From positions 1 to 63,015 of IMG/VR virus record IMGVR_UViG_3300009496_001865: a stretch of DNA of 63,015 nucleotides. One strand, given 5' to 3'. A model generated the notes under the pieces. That model was not told the DNA's origin. It saw only the letters and a list, made by a program, of their open reading frames with translations, and searched no databases. Below are positions 26,644 to 35,274 of the stretch, in pieces (within the stretch, counting starts at the first letter, position 1; each line of letters begins with the position of its first letter). Position numbers and translations under genes: made by a program. The DNA comes from a virus. Lineage: Duplodnaviria > Caudoviricetes.

Positions 26644-28307
26644 TCATCTTGTGCCCCGCCTAGGCCATCTGTTTCTGTATCCCAACCTATACTACTACCA
26701 CCTATTTTTTTAAGTAAATTCTTTCTTGCTTCTGGGTCTAAAGGATTATCATACCATTCATCGCTTTCACCTGTCTTGCGACCTCGCATTTTCATTTCAA
26801 CAACTTTAACTTCACCATCTTCTGAAACTACACGTTTTGCAAATAAACCATCTTTGACTCCAGCAGTTTTAGGTGCTTGGACTTCTTCGTTCGGATCTAG
26901 TTCCATAACTTTTATATTGTCATAAAAGTCTGCTATTCTAGGAAATGTTTCTTTAAAATTCATAAATCTTCTTGCATCATATTGCTCATAAAATACTTTA
27001 AAATCATGTTCTAATAATGTTCTGTCAGCAGTATTTCTATGAGGCGTTTTAACAACATCTAAGTATTCTATTAATCTACTTAATTGATCTTGTTCCCAAT
27101 CTGCTAATAGCAATCTACCTTCTGAATCAACTTCTGCTTTTCTTCTAACATTTTCTAACCATGCTTGTAATTCGTCATGATATAGTTTACGCAAATTATC
27201 TGGCAATGTAAGTGGACTTTGGAAACTAGGAAAACGTAATATGTTTACACTTATGCCTGGTTTGTTGTGACCATACTTGCGTTTCATTTCTAAAACCCAA
27301 TCTAAAAATTCTGTTATAGAATCTAGACACAATGCATTAATAGTCATCATCATATGTAATCCTTCTATTCGTGCTTCTTTACATATACGTTCAAACTGCA
27401 TAGTCCATACGTCCCACTTTAATCCATCTCTAATGTATTCTGCTTGTTTACCATATGCTTCACAACTTGTATATAAATGAAAGTGATTAATGTGCTGAGT
27501 TGATTCAATTAATTTATTAAGTAATCCTTCTTTAGCCATTAAGTTACTGTTAATAGCAAGCCTCATGTGTTCTTTATTTGGTTCATCAGTTGTTTCAAAC
27601 CAATCAAACAATTGATAAATGTCCGGAGTCATTAATGGCTCACCGCCTGTAACACGAATCTCTTCTAATTCTTTACTTAGTTCAGGCCACCATCTCCAAA
27701 ATGCATCTTTGTAAGGATTTGTTTCTAAATCATCAAAAGGCTCGGCATATGGTGCGTCATCAATAAAGTGACCTCTTGCGTCGGACTTAATACCTTGATA
27801 TCCTCCGTTGTTCCTAATATCTTTTACCCATGTGCTACTAAATGCAGGGTTACAATAACTACATGCTAATTGGCATGTTCTATTAAAGGCAACTTCTAGT
27901 GTTTTTAAATTTACATCTGTGCTTGTAGGCATAGCGGCCGCTTTACGCAAATCGTTGTCTTGGTATATTACTGTTTTGTATGTTCTATCTGATACAGGCT
28001 CGTTACCATCTGCATCTTTTTCCATGTCTTCAATTTTCCAACAGTATTCACACTCTTTGGGTCTCTGCCCATTGATCATCATTTCACGCATTTTCTTTTT
28101 ATGCTTTGTGTTATGAATTGCAGATGGATTGGTTTTAATTTCTTCTAAATCAATTTGGTGTGCTGGAGGGTGATGACAACTTGTAGTTCCGCCATGGCCT
28201 AACCATATAGTAGCATTATACCATTTAGCACCACAGAAGGATTCTGAAACAGGATCAATCATCCTTGCTTTAAATTCTCTGTGAGTTTCTCCGGGTTTTC
28301 TACTCAT
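26640..28307 (-). CDS. Radical SAM enzyme with N-terminal twitch domain, CxHP subtype, with a long C-terminal tail (7 of 8)
   Basis: FCGAKW...SCHHPP...CEYC, then CQLACSYC and TGGEP. Confidence 0.92.
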   Translation of the reverse strand: MSRKPGETHREFKARMIDPVSESFCGAKWYNATIWLGHGGTTSCHHPPAHQIDLEEIKTNPSAIHNTKHKKKMREMMINGQRPKECEYCWKIEDMEKDADGNEPVSDRTYKTVIYQDNDLRKAAAMPTSTDVNLKTLEVAFNRTCQLACSYCNPAFSSTWVKDIRNNGGYQGIKSDARGHFIDDAPYAEPFDDLETNPYKDAFWRWWPELSKELEEIRVTGGEPLMTPDIYQLFDWFETTDEPNKEHMRLAINSNLMAKEGLLNKLIESTQHINHFHLYTSCEAYGKQAEYIRDGLKWDVWTMQFERICKEARIEGLHMMMTINALCLDSITEFLDWVLEMKRKYGHNKPGISVNILRFPSFQSPLTLPDNLRKLYHDELQAWLENVRRKAEVDSEGRLLLADWEQDQLSRLIEYLDVVKTPHRNTADRTLLEHDFKVFYEQYDARRFMNFKETFPRIADFYDNIKVMELDPNEEVQAPKTAGVKDGLFAKRVVSEDGEVKVVEMKMRGRKTGESDEWYDNPLDPEARKNLLKKIGGSSIGWDTETDGLGGAQDE

Positions 28308-28555
28308 TTGCTTTCCTCTTTTGGCATTCCTTCATACCATTCTATTATAGTATTTATTCTTACATCACGCCAACCCTTTTTATCTAGGGCATACATAACT
28401 ACATTATCCGGACTATTATATGCTTTTATTTGCATAGTCTGTTTATGTATGTCTTTATTTAGTGTGCATGGCATTGTTCTAATTTCACCTGTGTCAATTT
28501 TTTCAAACACAACTGTGACTATTCCTTTAAACAAACTGTCTATTAATTGTTTCAT
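28304..28555 (-). CDS. Small SH3-like beta-barrel protein (WYL_2/DUF2693-like)
   Basis: VTVVFEK..GEIRTMPCTL...YALDKKGWRDVRINTI pattern. Overlaps both neighbours. Confidence 0.6.
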   Translation of the reverse strand: MKQLIDSLFKGIVTVVFEKIDTGEIRTMPCTLNKDIHKQTMQIKAYNSPDNVVMYALDKKGWRDVRINTIIEWYEGMPKEESK

Positions 28556-30087
28556 ATTAGTGCATCTGCTTCTTTACAAATATTCCACCAGTCTTCTATT
28601 TCGGGAAACTTTGACAAGAAATCAGTATTACGTCTTTCATCATGTTGCGTAAAAAATCTATAAAAGTTTGCTCTTGCTTTAAGAAGTTCGTCTTTATCCA
28701 TATTAGAACCTGCTTTCATCCATTCTAAGTTTCTACGAACTTTATCAATTTCAAAATCTTTGAACCCTCTATAGTCTATATTTACTTCATCTGCTTGATT
28801 CATCTCCATGAATACGATAGCCTCTTCTAAGTAATCCTGATAGTATTCTGGCATAATTTGTATGCATTGCCAAAGAGGTGCTCTTAGTAATGGAATATCA
28901 AACCAAATACGTTGTTTAGGTCTTACTTCGTAATCATCATGTTTATGATCGCCGTTATCTGGAATAGGTATATATTTTATACCCTGTCTATCTTTTGCAA
29001 ACTCGTCCCTTAAATCTAATATCCATTGTAAATAATCACGTAAACTGGGTAAACTTAATATATTAAATGTATTAATAAATGTTATTGTTGAGTTATCTGT
29101 TTCGGTTAAAATTCTTTTAACATTTTTTTGTAGTAGTGAGAAATCCATACCGTTACGCATATACTCTGCTTGAGAACCGTAACCATCTACACTTACAAAT
29201 GTGGCAAAGTTCTTACATGCTGGTGCTACATACCAGTTGTTCCCTGAGTTTGGATTAAACTTTTCTGGGTCTTCCCATATTTGTATTTCTTCTAATCTTT
29301 GTAGCGATTCTATAAACATATCCATAAGCACTGGCTTAGGTGGACACATATTTGAAGTCACTGAAATCTCTAACCAAGCATTTGGATTTTGATACACATA
29401 GTCTAATACTTTAAAAGTATTACTGTCCATCAATGGCTCGCCGCCAGTCATACGAAATACTTCTAATGACTTATACATTTCAGGCCACCATTTCCAAAAT
29501 GCTGTAAGATATGGATTTTCATCTTGTGCCAATTTCAATGGCATAAGTCCTGCGTTGTTTAAACTTTCTAAATTGTTATGCTCTCCTTGAGCAATTTGAT
29601 AAGGGCCATGTTCTTTTATTTCTTTGTGCCATGATGTTGATAAATGAGGTGAGCAGTAACTACATTTAAAGTTACAGGCTTGATTAAAGTTTACTTCTAC
29701 ATAACGTGGATTTATATTTCCGTCTGCACCTGCTTCTGCTATTTCTTCTCTGGCATTTTGTGCCCAGTATTCACCACTACGATATACACGATCACTTCTG
29801 CCGCCTACATCTTCTATACGCCAGCAGTAACTACAACCTTCTGGTCTCTCACCTGCTAACATTTGTGCTCGTTGCTCTTTCTTTTCTTTTGTGTTATGTA
29901 ATGCTGTAGGATTATCAGCAAGTTCTTCTAGATCTATTTTGTGTGTAGGTGGATGATAGCAACTGTGAGTCATGCCGTTATGCATGTGCATAGAAACCTG
30001 GGTCCATTTTGCATAACACATTGTTGGACTTATAGCATCTAATTGTTCTTTGGCCTTGTCAGCGGCCTGATCGTATATGCTAGACAT
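28552..30087 (-). CDS. Radical SAM enzyme with N-terminal twitch domain, CxHP subtype (8 of 8)
   Basis: MCYAKW...SCYHPP...CSYC, then CNFKCSYC and TGGEP. Confidence 0.92.
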   Translation of the reverse strand: MSSIYDQAADKAKEQLDAISPTMCYAKWTQVSMHMHNGMTHSCYHPPTHKIDLEELADNPTALHNTKEKKEQRAQMLAGERPEGCSYCWRIEDVGGRSDRVYRSGEYWAQNAREEIAEAGADGNINPRYVEVNFNQACNFKCSYCSPHLSTSWHKEIKEHGPYQIAQGEHNNLESLNNAGLMPLKLAQDENPYLTAFWKWWPEMYKSLEVFRMTGGEPLMDSNTFKVLDYVYQNPNAWLEISVTSNMCPPKPVLMDMFIESLQRLEEIQIWEDPEKFNPNSGNNWYVAPACKNFATFVSVDGYGSQAEYMRNGMDFSLLQKNVKRILTETDNSTITFINTFNILSLPSLRDYLQWILDLRDEFAKDRQGIKYIPIPDNGDHKHDDYEVRPKQRIWFDIPLLRAPLWQCIQIMPEYYQDYLEEAIVFMEMNQADEVNIDYRGFKDFEIDKVRRNLEWMKAGSNMDKDELLKARANFYRFFTQHDERRNTDFLSKFPEIEDWWNICKEADALI

Positions 30088-30116
30088 CACCACAGCCTCT
30101 CTGCTTAAATTTCATT

Positions 30117-31115
30117 TTACTGTATTAACCCTTTTTCGAGAAGTTCTTGTATTTGTTGTTCTCGAATCATTACTCCCCATCGTCTTGGATTAACATAAGT
30201 TTTTTTAAAAAATTTACACATTTGTTCATTAGGATCAAACAACATCATTTCATTAATGGTTTCATTTAGTGTTACACCTAAATCTTGTATTGCTATGTAA
30301 AGCATTTCTGGATTGTATGAAACTTTAGAGTATCTACAAACCACATCGCCTGGAAAACGTGGGAGTATAGTATTATCAAAAAAGTCTTTAAACCAATCAT
30401 AATCTGATATAAGGTTAGTGTCCCATGAACTGTTTACTGTCATATCGCAACCTAGTCTTGCACCGTAAATTGCCCATAAGCCATTCTCTACATCACTACC
30501 AATGTTGCACCATGTTTGCAACCTATCATAATTTTGCCACCAAATCTTTTCTTTAAATTCTTCTGGTGCAACTCTTACACCTTGATCCAAACTCATCTTA
30601 ACACCTTCGCGGAAGCCTGCTCTAAATGCTTGGAAAGGACTGGCAGTTTGATGCACTTCGCTAAATGTGTCGTTAAGTTGTATGTAGTTAAGTTTCCAGC
30701 AAAATTCCATACCTTCACCGTCTGTTGCGGCTTCATGTGTGTTAATAGTTTTAGTATATTCTGTGGGCCAACATTTAAGTCCGCCGTTGCCATACACTAA
30801 TCCATTTAGAATATTTTTAGCATTCCAACTGAATATACTTTCTGATATATTATTACCGTCATGATCTTCGTCTGGAACATCTAATACTTGTTCAAAAAAA
30901 TCATCCATTACAATATTATCACCATCTACAGTGATAAAACGTTCTGTTTCACTTTGTTCTGCCGCGGCCTTATGTGCGGCATCGAATCCTTTTACTGAAT
31001 CTATTCTTTTTGCCCAGGGGACTTTGTTAAGTAGGTCTGCCCAATGCTCTTCCTTATTAGGCTCATCGTATGAAATGTAAAATATGTCTAGTTCTGTGAC
31101 ATCAATCTTTGCCAT
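30117..31115 (-). CDS. GT-A-fold glycosyltransferase-like protein
   Basis: DIFYISYDEPN, VKGFDAAHKAAA, DxD in FITVDGDN, NGLVYGNGGLKCWP, and AFRAGFREGVKM. Confidence 0.65.
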   Translation of the reverse strand: MAKIDVTELDIFYISYDEPNKEEHWADLLNKVPWAKRIDSVKGFDAAHKAAAEQSETERFITVDGDNIVMDDFFEQVLDVPDEDHDGNNISESIFSWNAKNILNGLVYGNGGLKCWPTEYTKTINTHEAATDGEGMEFCWKLNYIQLNDTFSEVHQTASPFQAFRAGFREGVKMSLDQGVRVAPEEFKEKIWWQNYDRLQTWCNIGSDVENGLWAIYGARLGCDMTVNSSWDTNLISDYDWFKDFFDNTILPRFPGDVVCRYSKVSYNPEMLYIAIQDLGVTLNETINEMMLFDPNEQMCKFFKKTYVNPRRWGVMIREQQIQELLEKGLIQ

Positions 31116-31133
31116 GTGCGTGTTCCGTAAAAA

Positions 31134-31784
31134 TTATATACGCACATATTTATCAAATAATTTTACAGTATATATACTGCTCTGGTCCATTTTATAAGGT
31201 AGTGTTACAGTAACTTCCTTATTTTCTAGTAATTTTCTAAACGATACATTAAAGTTATACTCTAAAAAACTAGGTTCTTTGTATGTTGTAAAATAAAACT
31301 TTAGTGTTGTTTGACCTCTAACAACTGCTGTAGTAGGATCAATATCTTTGTATGCTTTTATAGCCTTAGGACACAATGCAACTATAAAAGTTTTGCCTGT
31401 TACTTTGACTTTAATGTCTGCTCCTCTAACAGAGCCCTTTTCTATTTCACTTAAAAAATCATGTTGCTTTGTAATGATTTCATCAATAGGCCTAAGTTCT
31501 ATGTAATGAACAGTCTCTTCTTTATCATCTGTTCTAACTCTATACATGCCCCAATTTGAATTTTTAAAAATTGCAACTTCGTCATCAGTAAACTGTGCTG
31601 ATTTAAACTTTTTATCAAATACTTTATTAGGTTCTTTACTACAGCATTTAATTTCGCCATCGTCATCATACCATACAGTAAATTTTGTTGTATGAAATGC
31701 TTTGGTCATTTCTTCTATGTTTCCAAATTCTTTTTTAGATGCTAAGAATTCTTTTCGTCTTGCTTGTGCTACTTTAGTTACCAT
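31134..31784 (-). CDS. Hypothetical protein
   Basis: 216-aa ORF in the operon strand, preceded by TAAATA-N5-ATG. Confidence 0.6.
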   Translation of the reverse strand: MVTKVAQARRKEFLASKKEFGNIEEMTKAFHTTKFTVWYDDDGEIKCCSKEPNKVFDKKFKSAQFTDDEVAIFKNSNWGMYRVRTDDKEETVHYIELRPIDEIITKQHDFLSEIEKGSVRGADIKVKVTGKTFIVALCPKAIKAYKDIDPTTAVVRGQTTLKFYFTTYKEPSFLEYNFNVSFRKLLENKEVTVTLPYKMDQSSIYTVKLFDKYVRI

Positions 31785-31788
31785 AATA

Positions 31789-32652
31789 CTATTTACCTAT
31801 TGCTTTTTCCATTTGTTCAATTTTCTGTTTACTCATCCAATCTTTTTCTACATAATGAAATGGATACATCTGTTGAAAGGAGCCTATTTTAAAACTATCA
31901 AAACTTTTATAATAAGTAGGCAAACTTTGACTCCACTTTTCACTTATATTACTATGCGGAATATTCTGTATCATGCTTTTCATATGAGTAAATGTTGGAA
32001 CAGTATCTATATTTTCTCGTGTGCATAAATGCTCAATTCCTAAAATTTGCATTGCTAAAGCAAATGCTACATCTCCACTTAACCAATCTGGTTTACCATT
32101 AGGCATATATTTAAAATACATGCGTTGCCAATGCTGGAAAATTATTTCTATCATTGCAAATAGTTCACTTGCAAGATCACTTTTCTTAAAATAAAAGAAT
32201 GCTGTATATACATTTGGCAAATTGTTTGCAGTAAACCATTCTCTGTAATAGTCACTAGTTACAACCTCTCCTCTATATGTTCTAACTTTTGTAGTTGCCC
32301 ATATATCACGTTGTGACATAATATCCCACCAATGGCTTACATCTGTAGGAAAAATCATATCAGTATCGAGTATTACAGTCTCATCATACGGGGTCATATA
32401 GTAATACTTCCACTTGTTGTTTATCTTCCATTGCTCGTCTTTTGCATCGTCTTGCCATGGTATATCAACAATATTATCAAAAACTTTTCTATGTTTTGCT
32501 GTAATAAGTTTCTTAGTTTTGGCGTCAACACATACTGTAAGATTGCTTACGACCGTCTGTGTTAGTTTTAAATTGAGTGCGAGTGCATACGCCTGCTCTA
32601 GATAATTAACATTGTCGTTATTTTGTGCTATAACTATATAACCTTTGCTCAA
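31789..32652 (-). CDS. GT-A glycosyltransferase (GT8/mannosyltransferase-like)
   Basis: KGYIVIAQN..YLEQAYALALNLK, TPYDETVILDTDM (DxD), YTAFFYFKKS, terminal FHY. Confidence 0.7.
   Translation of the reverse strand: MSKGYIVIAQNNDNVNYLEQAYALALNLKLTQTVVSNLTVCVDAKTKKLITAKHRKVFDNIVDIPWQDDAKDEQWKINNKWKYYYMTPYDETVILDTDMIFPTDVSHWWDIMSQRDIWATTKVRTYRGEVVTSDYYREWFTANNLPNVYTAFFYFKKSDLASELFAMIEIIFQHWQRMYFKYMPNGKPDWLSGDVAFALAMQILGIEHLCTRENIDTVPTFTHMKSMIQNIPHSNISEKWSQSLPTYYKSFDSFKIGSFQQMYPFHYVEKDWMSKQKIEQMEKAIGK
31790..31795 (-). promoter_or_regulatory. T4-late-type TAAATA box
   Basis: GTAAATA GTATT ATG (ATG at 31784). No Shine-Dalgarno between the box and the start. Confidence 0.6.
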
Positions 32653-33000
32653 TTACCATCTCCAAGGCAACATTGACATGCCAAACATGTTAAGAACAGT
32701 TTCACAAATAATTACTGTGATTGTTCCGCCTATAATTTGCCAAGTCCACCATTTCCATCCATCTAAACTGTCGCCCCATTTTCTTATCTTGCTGTTTCTT
32801 GCTTTGTCATAAGCACCACTCTTTTCGCCTAATTTATTTGCCCAGTGATTTGGGTCTATCCATTCTTTTAATTTAATTAAAGGCCAAAAGATTTTTTTCA
32901 TTACATCCATTGCTTTAGTATCTTGAAGCACTACATTAAGATATATTGCTCCTCCAAACAAGATCAATGCTATTGCTGTAATCCAAAAATCTTCACTCAT
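32653..33000 (-). CDS. Small membrane protein, hypothetical
   Basis: Hydrophobic segments at both ends (FWITAIALILFGGAIYL; WQIIGGTITVIIC), Trp-rich. Start uncertain (33000-33009). Confidence 0.55.
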   Translation of the reverse strand: MSEDFWITAIALILFGGAIYLNVVLQDTKAMDVMKKIFWPLIKLKEWIDPNHWANKLGEKSGAYDKARNSKIRKWGDSLDGWKWWTWQIIGGTITVIICETVLNMFGMSMLPWRW

Positions 33001-33148
33001 CATGATCATCCTTTTTTAATTCGTAGCCATCTGCTGGATCTATTTCAGCATCGGCATTCATAAATCTCATGCGTTGAATCAAATCCCAATCAATATCCTT
33101 CCAGTTATCTCTAATACTTGTATACTCTTCTTTTTTATTCTTACCCAT
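32993..33148 (-). CDS. Hypothetical 51-aa protein (not in the supplied ORF track)
   Basis: Manual translation: MGKNKKEEYTSIRDNWKDIDWDLIQRMRFMNADAEIDPADGYELKKDDHDE. GGAG Shine-Dalgarno; overlaps both neighbours. Confidence 0.65.
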   Translation of the reverse strand: MGKNKKEEYTSIRDNWKDIDWDLIQRMRFMNADAEIDPADGYELKKDDHDE

Positions 33149-33326
33149 CTATATATCTCCAATCTTCTTTGAACAGGCAAAATCTACTATGACCTTCTTT
33201 AGTTTCATAAACAAATTGCATTGATAATAGTTGCACAACCTTACCTTCAAACTTTCCGTTAAGTCTACAAGTGTGCTCTATTGTGTCGCCTATTTCTGGT
33301 GCTCTTGTTTTTTTCTTCTTAATCAT
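33141..33326 (-). CDS. Hypothetical 61-aa protein, possibly SH3-like
   Basis: ATGA overlap with the upstream GT gene; beta-rich PEIGDTIEH...FEGKVVQ pattern. Confidence 0.55.
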   Translation of the reverse strand: MIKKKKTRAPEIGDTIEHTCRLNGKFEGKVVQLLSMQFVYETKEGHSRFCLFKEDWRYIDG

Positions 33327-34222
33327 GTTGCATGTTCTAATAATTCGTCACTAATTCTATTTATCGCCCATTTGTTCATGACATGAACATCTATATTATC
33401 TATTTTAGATAAAATATAATCTCCGGGACTACGAGGTTTTTCTAAATACATAATTAAGGATCGATGATTTACAGCACTATGCACATCATCAGTATCAAAG
33501 GTTTTATACAAAGTAGTAGGTAACTGTGGCAATCCTTTATCAACAAACCCACTCATTATATGAGCGGCTATAGAAAAACTGTAATCGTTCCTATATAATG
33601 AGCCTTGCCATCTATAGAGGTCTCTGTAAAACTGTGGGTTATCTCTAACATGTTTAACGAAGTTAAAGAAACTTTCTACATATTCTGTTTTGCGGAAGTA
33701 GACCACAGTTGCCCAATACATTGTTATACCCATGTTAAACAATCTATCTAATGTAGGATCTTTTCGCTCTCTCATCACATCTTGAAACTTCCAATTCATC
33801 ATCAATTCGTTATTGTGTCCCCAACAATGATTTAATGTATCGCTTAATATTAAGTAATCTACATCTATTAAAAGTGTTTCTTTGTAAGGAGAAAGTTCAT
33901 ATGCATCACATCTATTAGCATTATAAAACTGTAATCTTTTTGCTGTATGACTTGTATCTTTATAAAGTCTTTGATTTTTTCTTTTGAATTCTTTGTCTTT
34001 ATCTACAACTATAATATTATTGATTGCTTTTTTAATAAGACGTTTACCTAGTGTTTTCTCACCATGTTTTAAACTAAAAGGATCAGTTACCACTGTAACA
34101 TTTTTTATTCCTAAGTTTTTTTGAACTAGTAAAGCATTTACAACTGCCAAACGAAAATAATCTATCTCACTATTATTGTGAGCAAACATTATTACGCCTT
34201 TATCGTTATTCGCCTTTTTCAT
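33323..34222 (-). CDS. GT-A glycosyltransferase (GT8-like), paralog of 31789-32652
   Basis: KGVIMFAHNN..DY, SPYKETLLIDVDY (DxD), WATVVYFRK, RNDYSFSIA, HVMNK. Confidence 0.7.
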   Translation of the reverse strand: MKKANNDKGVIMFAHNNSEIDYFRLAVVNALLVQKNLGIKNVTVVTDPFSLKHGEKTLGKRLIKKAINNIIVVDKDKEFKRKNQRLYKDTSHTAKRLQFYNANRCDAYELSPYKETLLIDVDYLILSDTLNHCWGHNNELMMNWKFQDVMRERKDPTLDRLFNMGITMYWATVVYFRKTEYVESFFNFVKHVRDNPQFYRDLYRWQGSLYRNDYSFSIAAHIMSGFVDKGLPQLPTTLYKTFDTDDVHSAVNHRSLIMYLEKPRSPGDYILSKIDNIDVHVMNKWAINRISDELLEHAT

Positions 34223-34565
34223 TTAGATCCAACACTTTATGAACTTTTCTTGCCTTACGAAGTTTTTCATACTCAGCATAGTATTCATTTGTAACTTCAT
34301 AGTATCTACTTTTGATTTCGTCATAAAATGATTCTAGATCTATATTGATAGGATTGTTATAGATGTCTAACAATATTGCTTCTTTGTCACCTTCATCTAT
34401 AAGAATCTTACAAAATGTAATTAAGGTAGTATCTATAGTGAATGTTCCACCATTAATGCTATAACTGAGGAGGCTCTCAACTTTTGCTTTAAGTTGGGCC
34501 TGCTGATTGTTTAGAGTAATACGGTAATTAGCAAACTCTAAAGCCTTCGTTAAACGTGTGCTCAT
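34206..34565 (-). CDS. Hypothetical protein linked to the tail-fibre/GT block
   Basis: 119-aa ORF preceded by TAAATA-N5-ATG, overlapping the GT gene. Confidence 0.6.
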   Translation of the reverse strand: MSTRLTKALEFANYRITLNNQQAQLKAKVESLLSYSINGGTFTIDTTLITFCKILIDEGDKEAILLDIYNNPINIDLESFYDEIKSRYYEVTNEYYAEYEKLRKARKVHKVLDLNEKGE

Positions 34566-34570
34566 GCTAG

Positions 34571-34576
34571 TATTTA
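34571..34576 (-). promoter_or_regulatory. T4-late-type TAAATA box
   Basis: TTAAATA CTAGC ATG (ATG at 34565). Confidence 0.6.
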
Positions 34577-35194
34577 AGGTAATGTGAAGTGTTTTGCTAG
34601 TAGTTCTGGTTCAGTGCCTGGTGTAAGTGTTAGCATGCCTTCAAAGCCTGCCTCTCTTAGTTCTTCTTCACTTGATAATTGCCAACCTGGATTGTTTGGA
34701 AACACACAACAAGGCATACAATTATAGTATGTTCCAACCTCATCGTCCCAGCCTCTTTTGTAAATGTTAGTTCCGTCTGTTTCAAAAATACCTACACCCT
34801 CGAATCTATCAATATCTCCCATCAGCATAGCCTCTCTGTTCTGTAAAAGCCAGCCTGGTCGTGCTAATCTATCATATACTTCGTAGTCATCTTTACTGTA
34901 TGGTGTTCTAAATCCCCATGCTGGATAGGCTGGGCAACCAGTTACTTCCATAAACTCTTTTGCTTCTTCATCTGTTAGTTCTGGTGGTATTATAAGTTCG
35001 CCTACTTCTTCTGAGTAATTATCACTTATCCATTGTAATTCTGTCGGCCAATCATCATAACTTATAGTTGAAGTTTCTTTGCCTTGGGTTTTAATTACAC
35101 CATCTTTTGCACCTGAGAGTGCTGTATAAACAATGTCGTCTAGTGTAAGGCTTAATTTATTTTCTGGAATATTAAAGTGCCAATCTAATTTCAT
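34574..35194 (-). CDS. Hypothetical acidic protein
   Basis: Start reassigned to ATG 35194 because TATAAATA lies 5 nt upstream; the supplied start (35212) abuts the terminator. Confidence 0.6.
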   Translation of the reverse strand: MKLDWHFNIPENKLSLTLDDIVYTALSGAKDGVIKTQGKETSTISYDDWPTELQWISDNYSEEVGELIIPPELTDEEAKEFMEVTGCPAYPAWGFRTPYSKDDYEVYDRLARPGWLLQNREAMLMGDIDRFEGVGIFETDGTNIYKRGWDDEVGTYYNCMPCCVFPNNPGWQLSSEEELREAGFEGMLTLTPGTEPELLAKHFTLP

Positions 35195-35199
35195 AATAC

Positions 35200-35207
35200 T
35201 ATTTATA
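35200..35207 (-). promoter_or_regulatory. Full T4 late promoter consensus TATAAATA
   Basis: TATAAATA GTATT ATG, immediately after the terminator T-tract. Confidence 0.7.
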
Positions 35208-35212
35208 TCCAT

Positions 35213-35244
35213 AAAAAAAGCCAGTTTTTAAAAACTGGCTTTTT
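35213..35244 (-). terminator. Intrinsic terminator, potentially bidirectional, closing the tail-fibre transcript
   Basis: Perfect 30-bp palindrome AAAAAGCCAGTTTTT/AAAAACTGGCTTTTT at 35215-35244, with a T7 tract on the minus strand. Confidence 0.8.
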
Positions 35245-35274
35245 AATAAGTTCGAATCTCGTCTCGTCTCGTTC

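Noticed and set aside
13069-30087. RiPP cluster with SPASM maturases
   Set aside because: No RRE/PqqD domain, peptidase, exporter or repeated-core precursor is visible. The small ORFs have other explanations.
35257-35271. (TCTCG)x3 microrepeat after the fibre-associated gene
   Set aside because: Only 15 bp, with no second occurrence noticed and no functional context.
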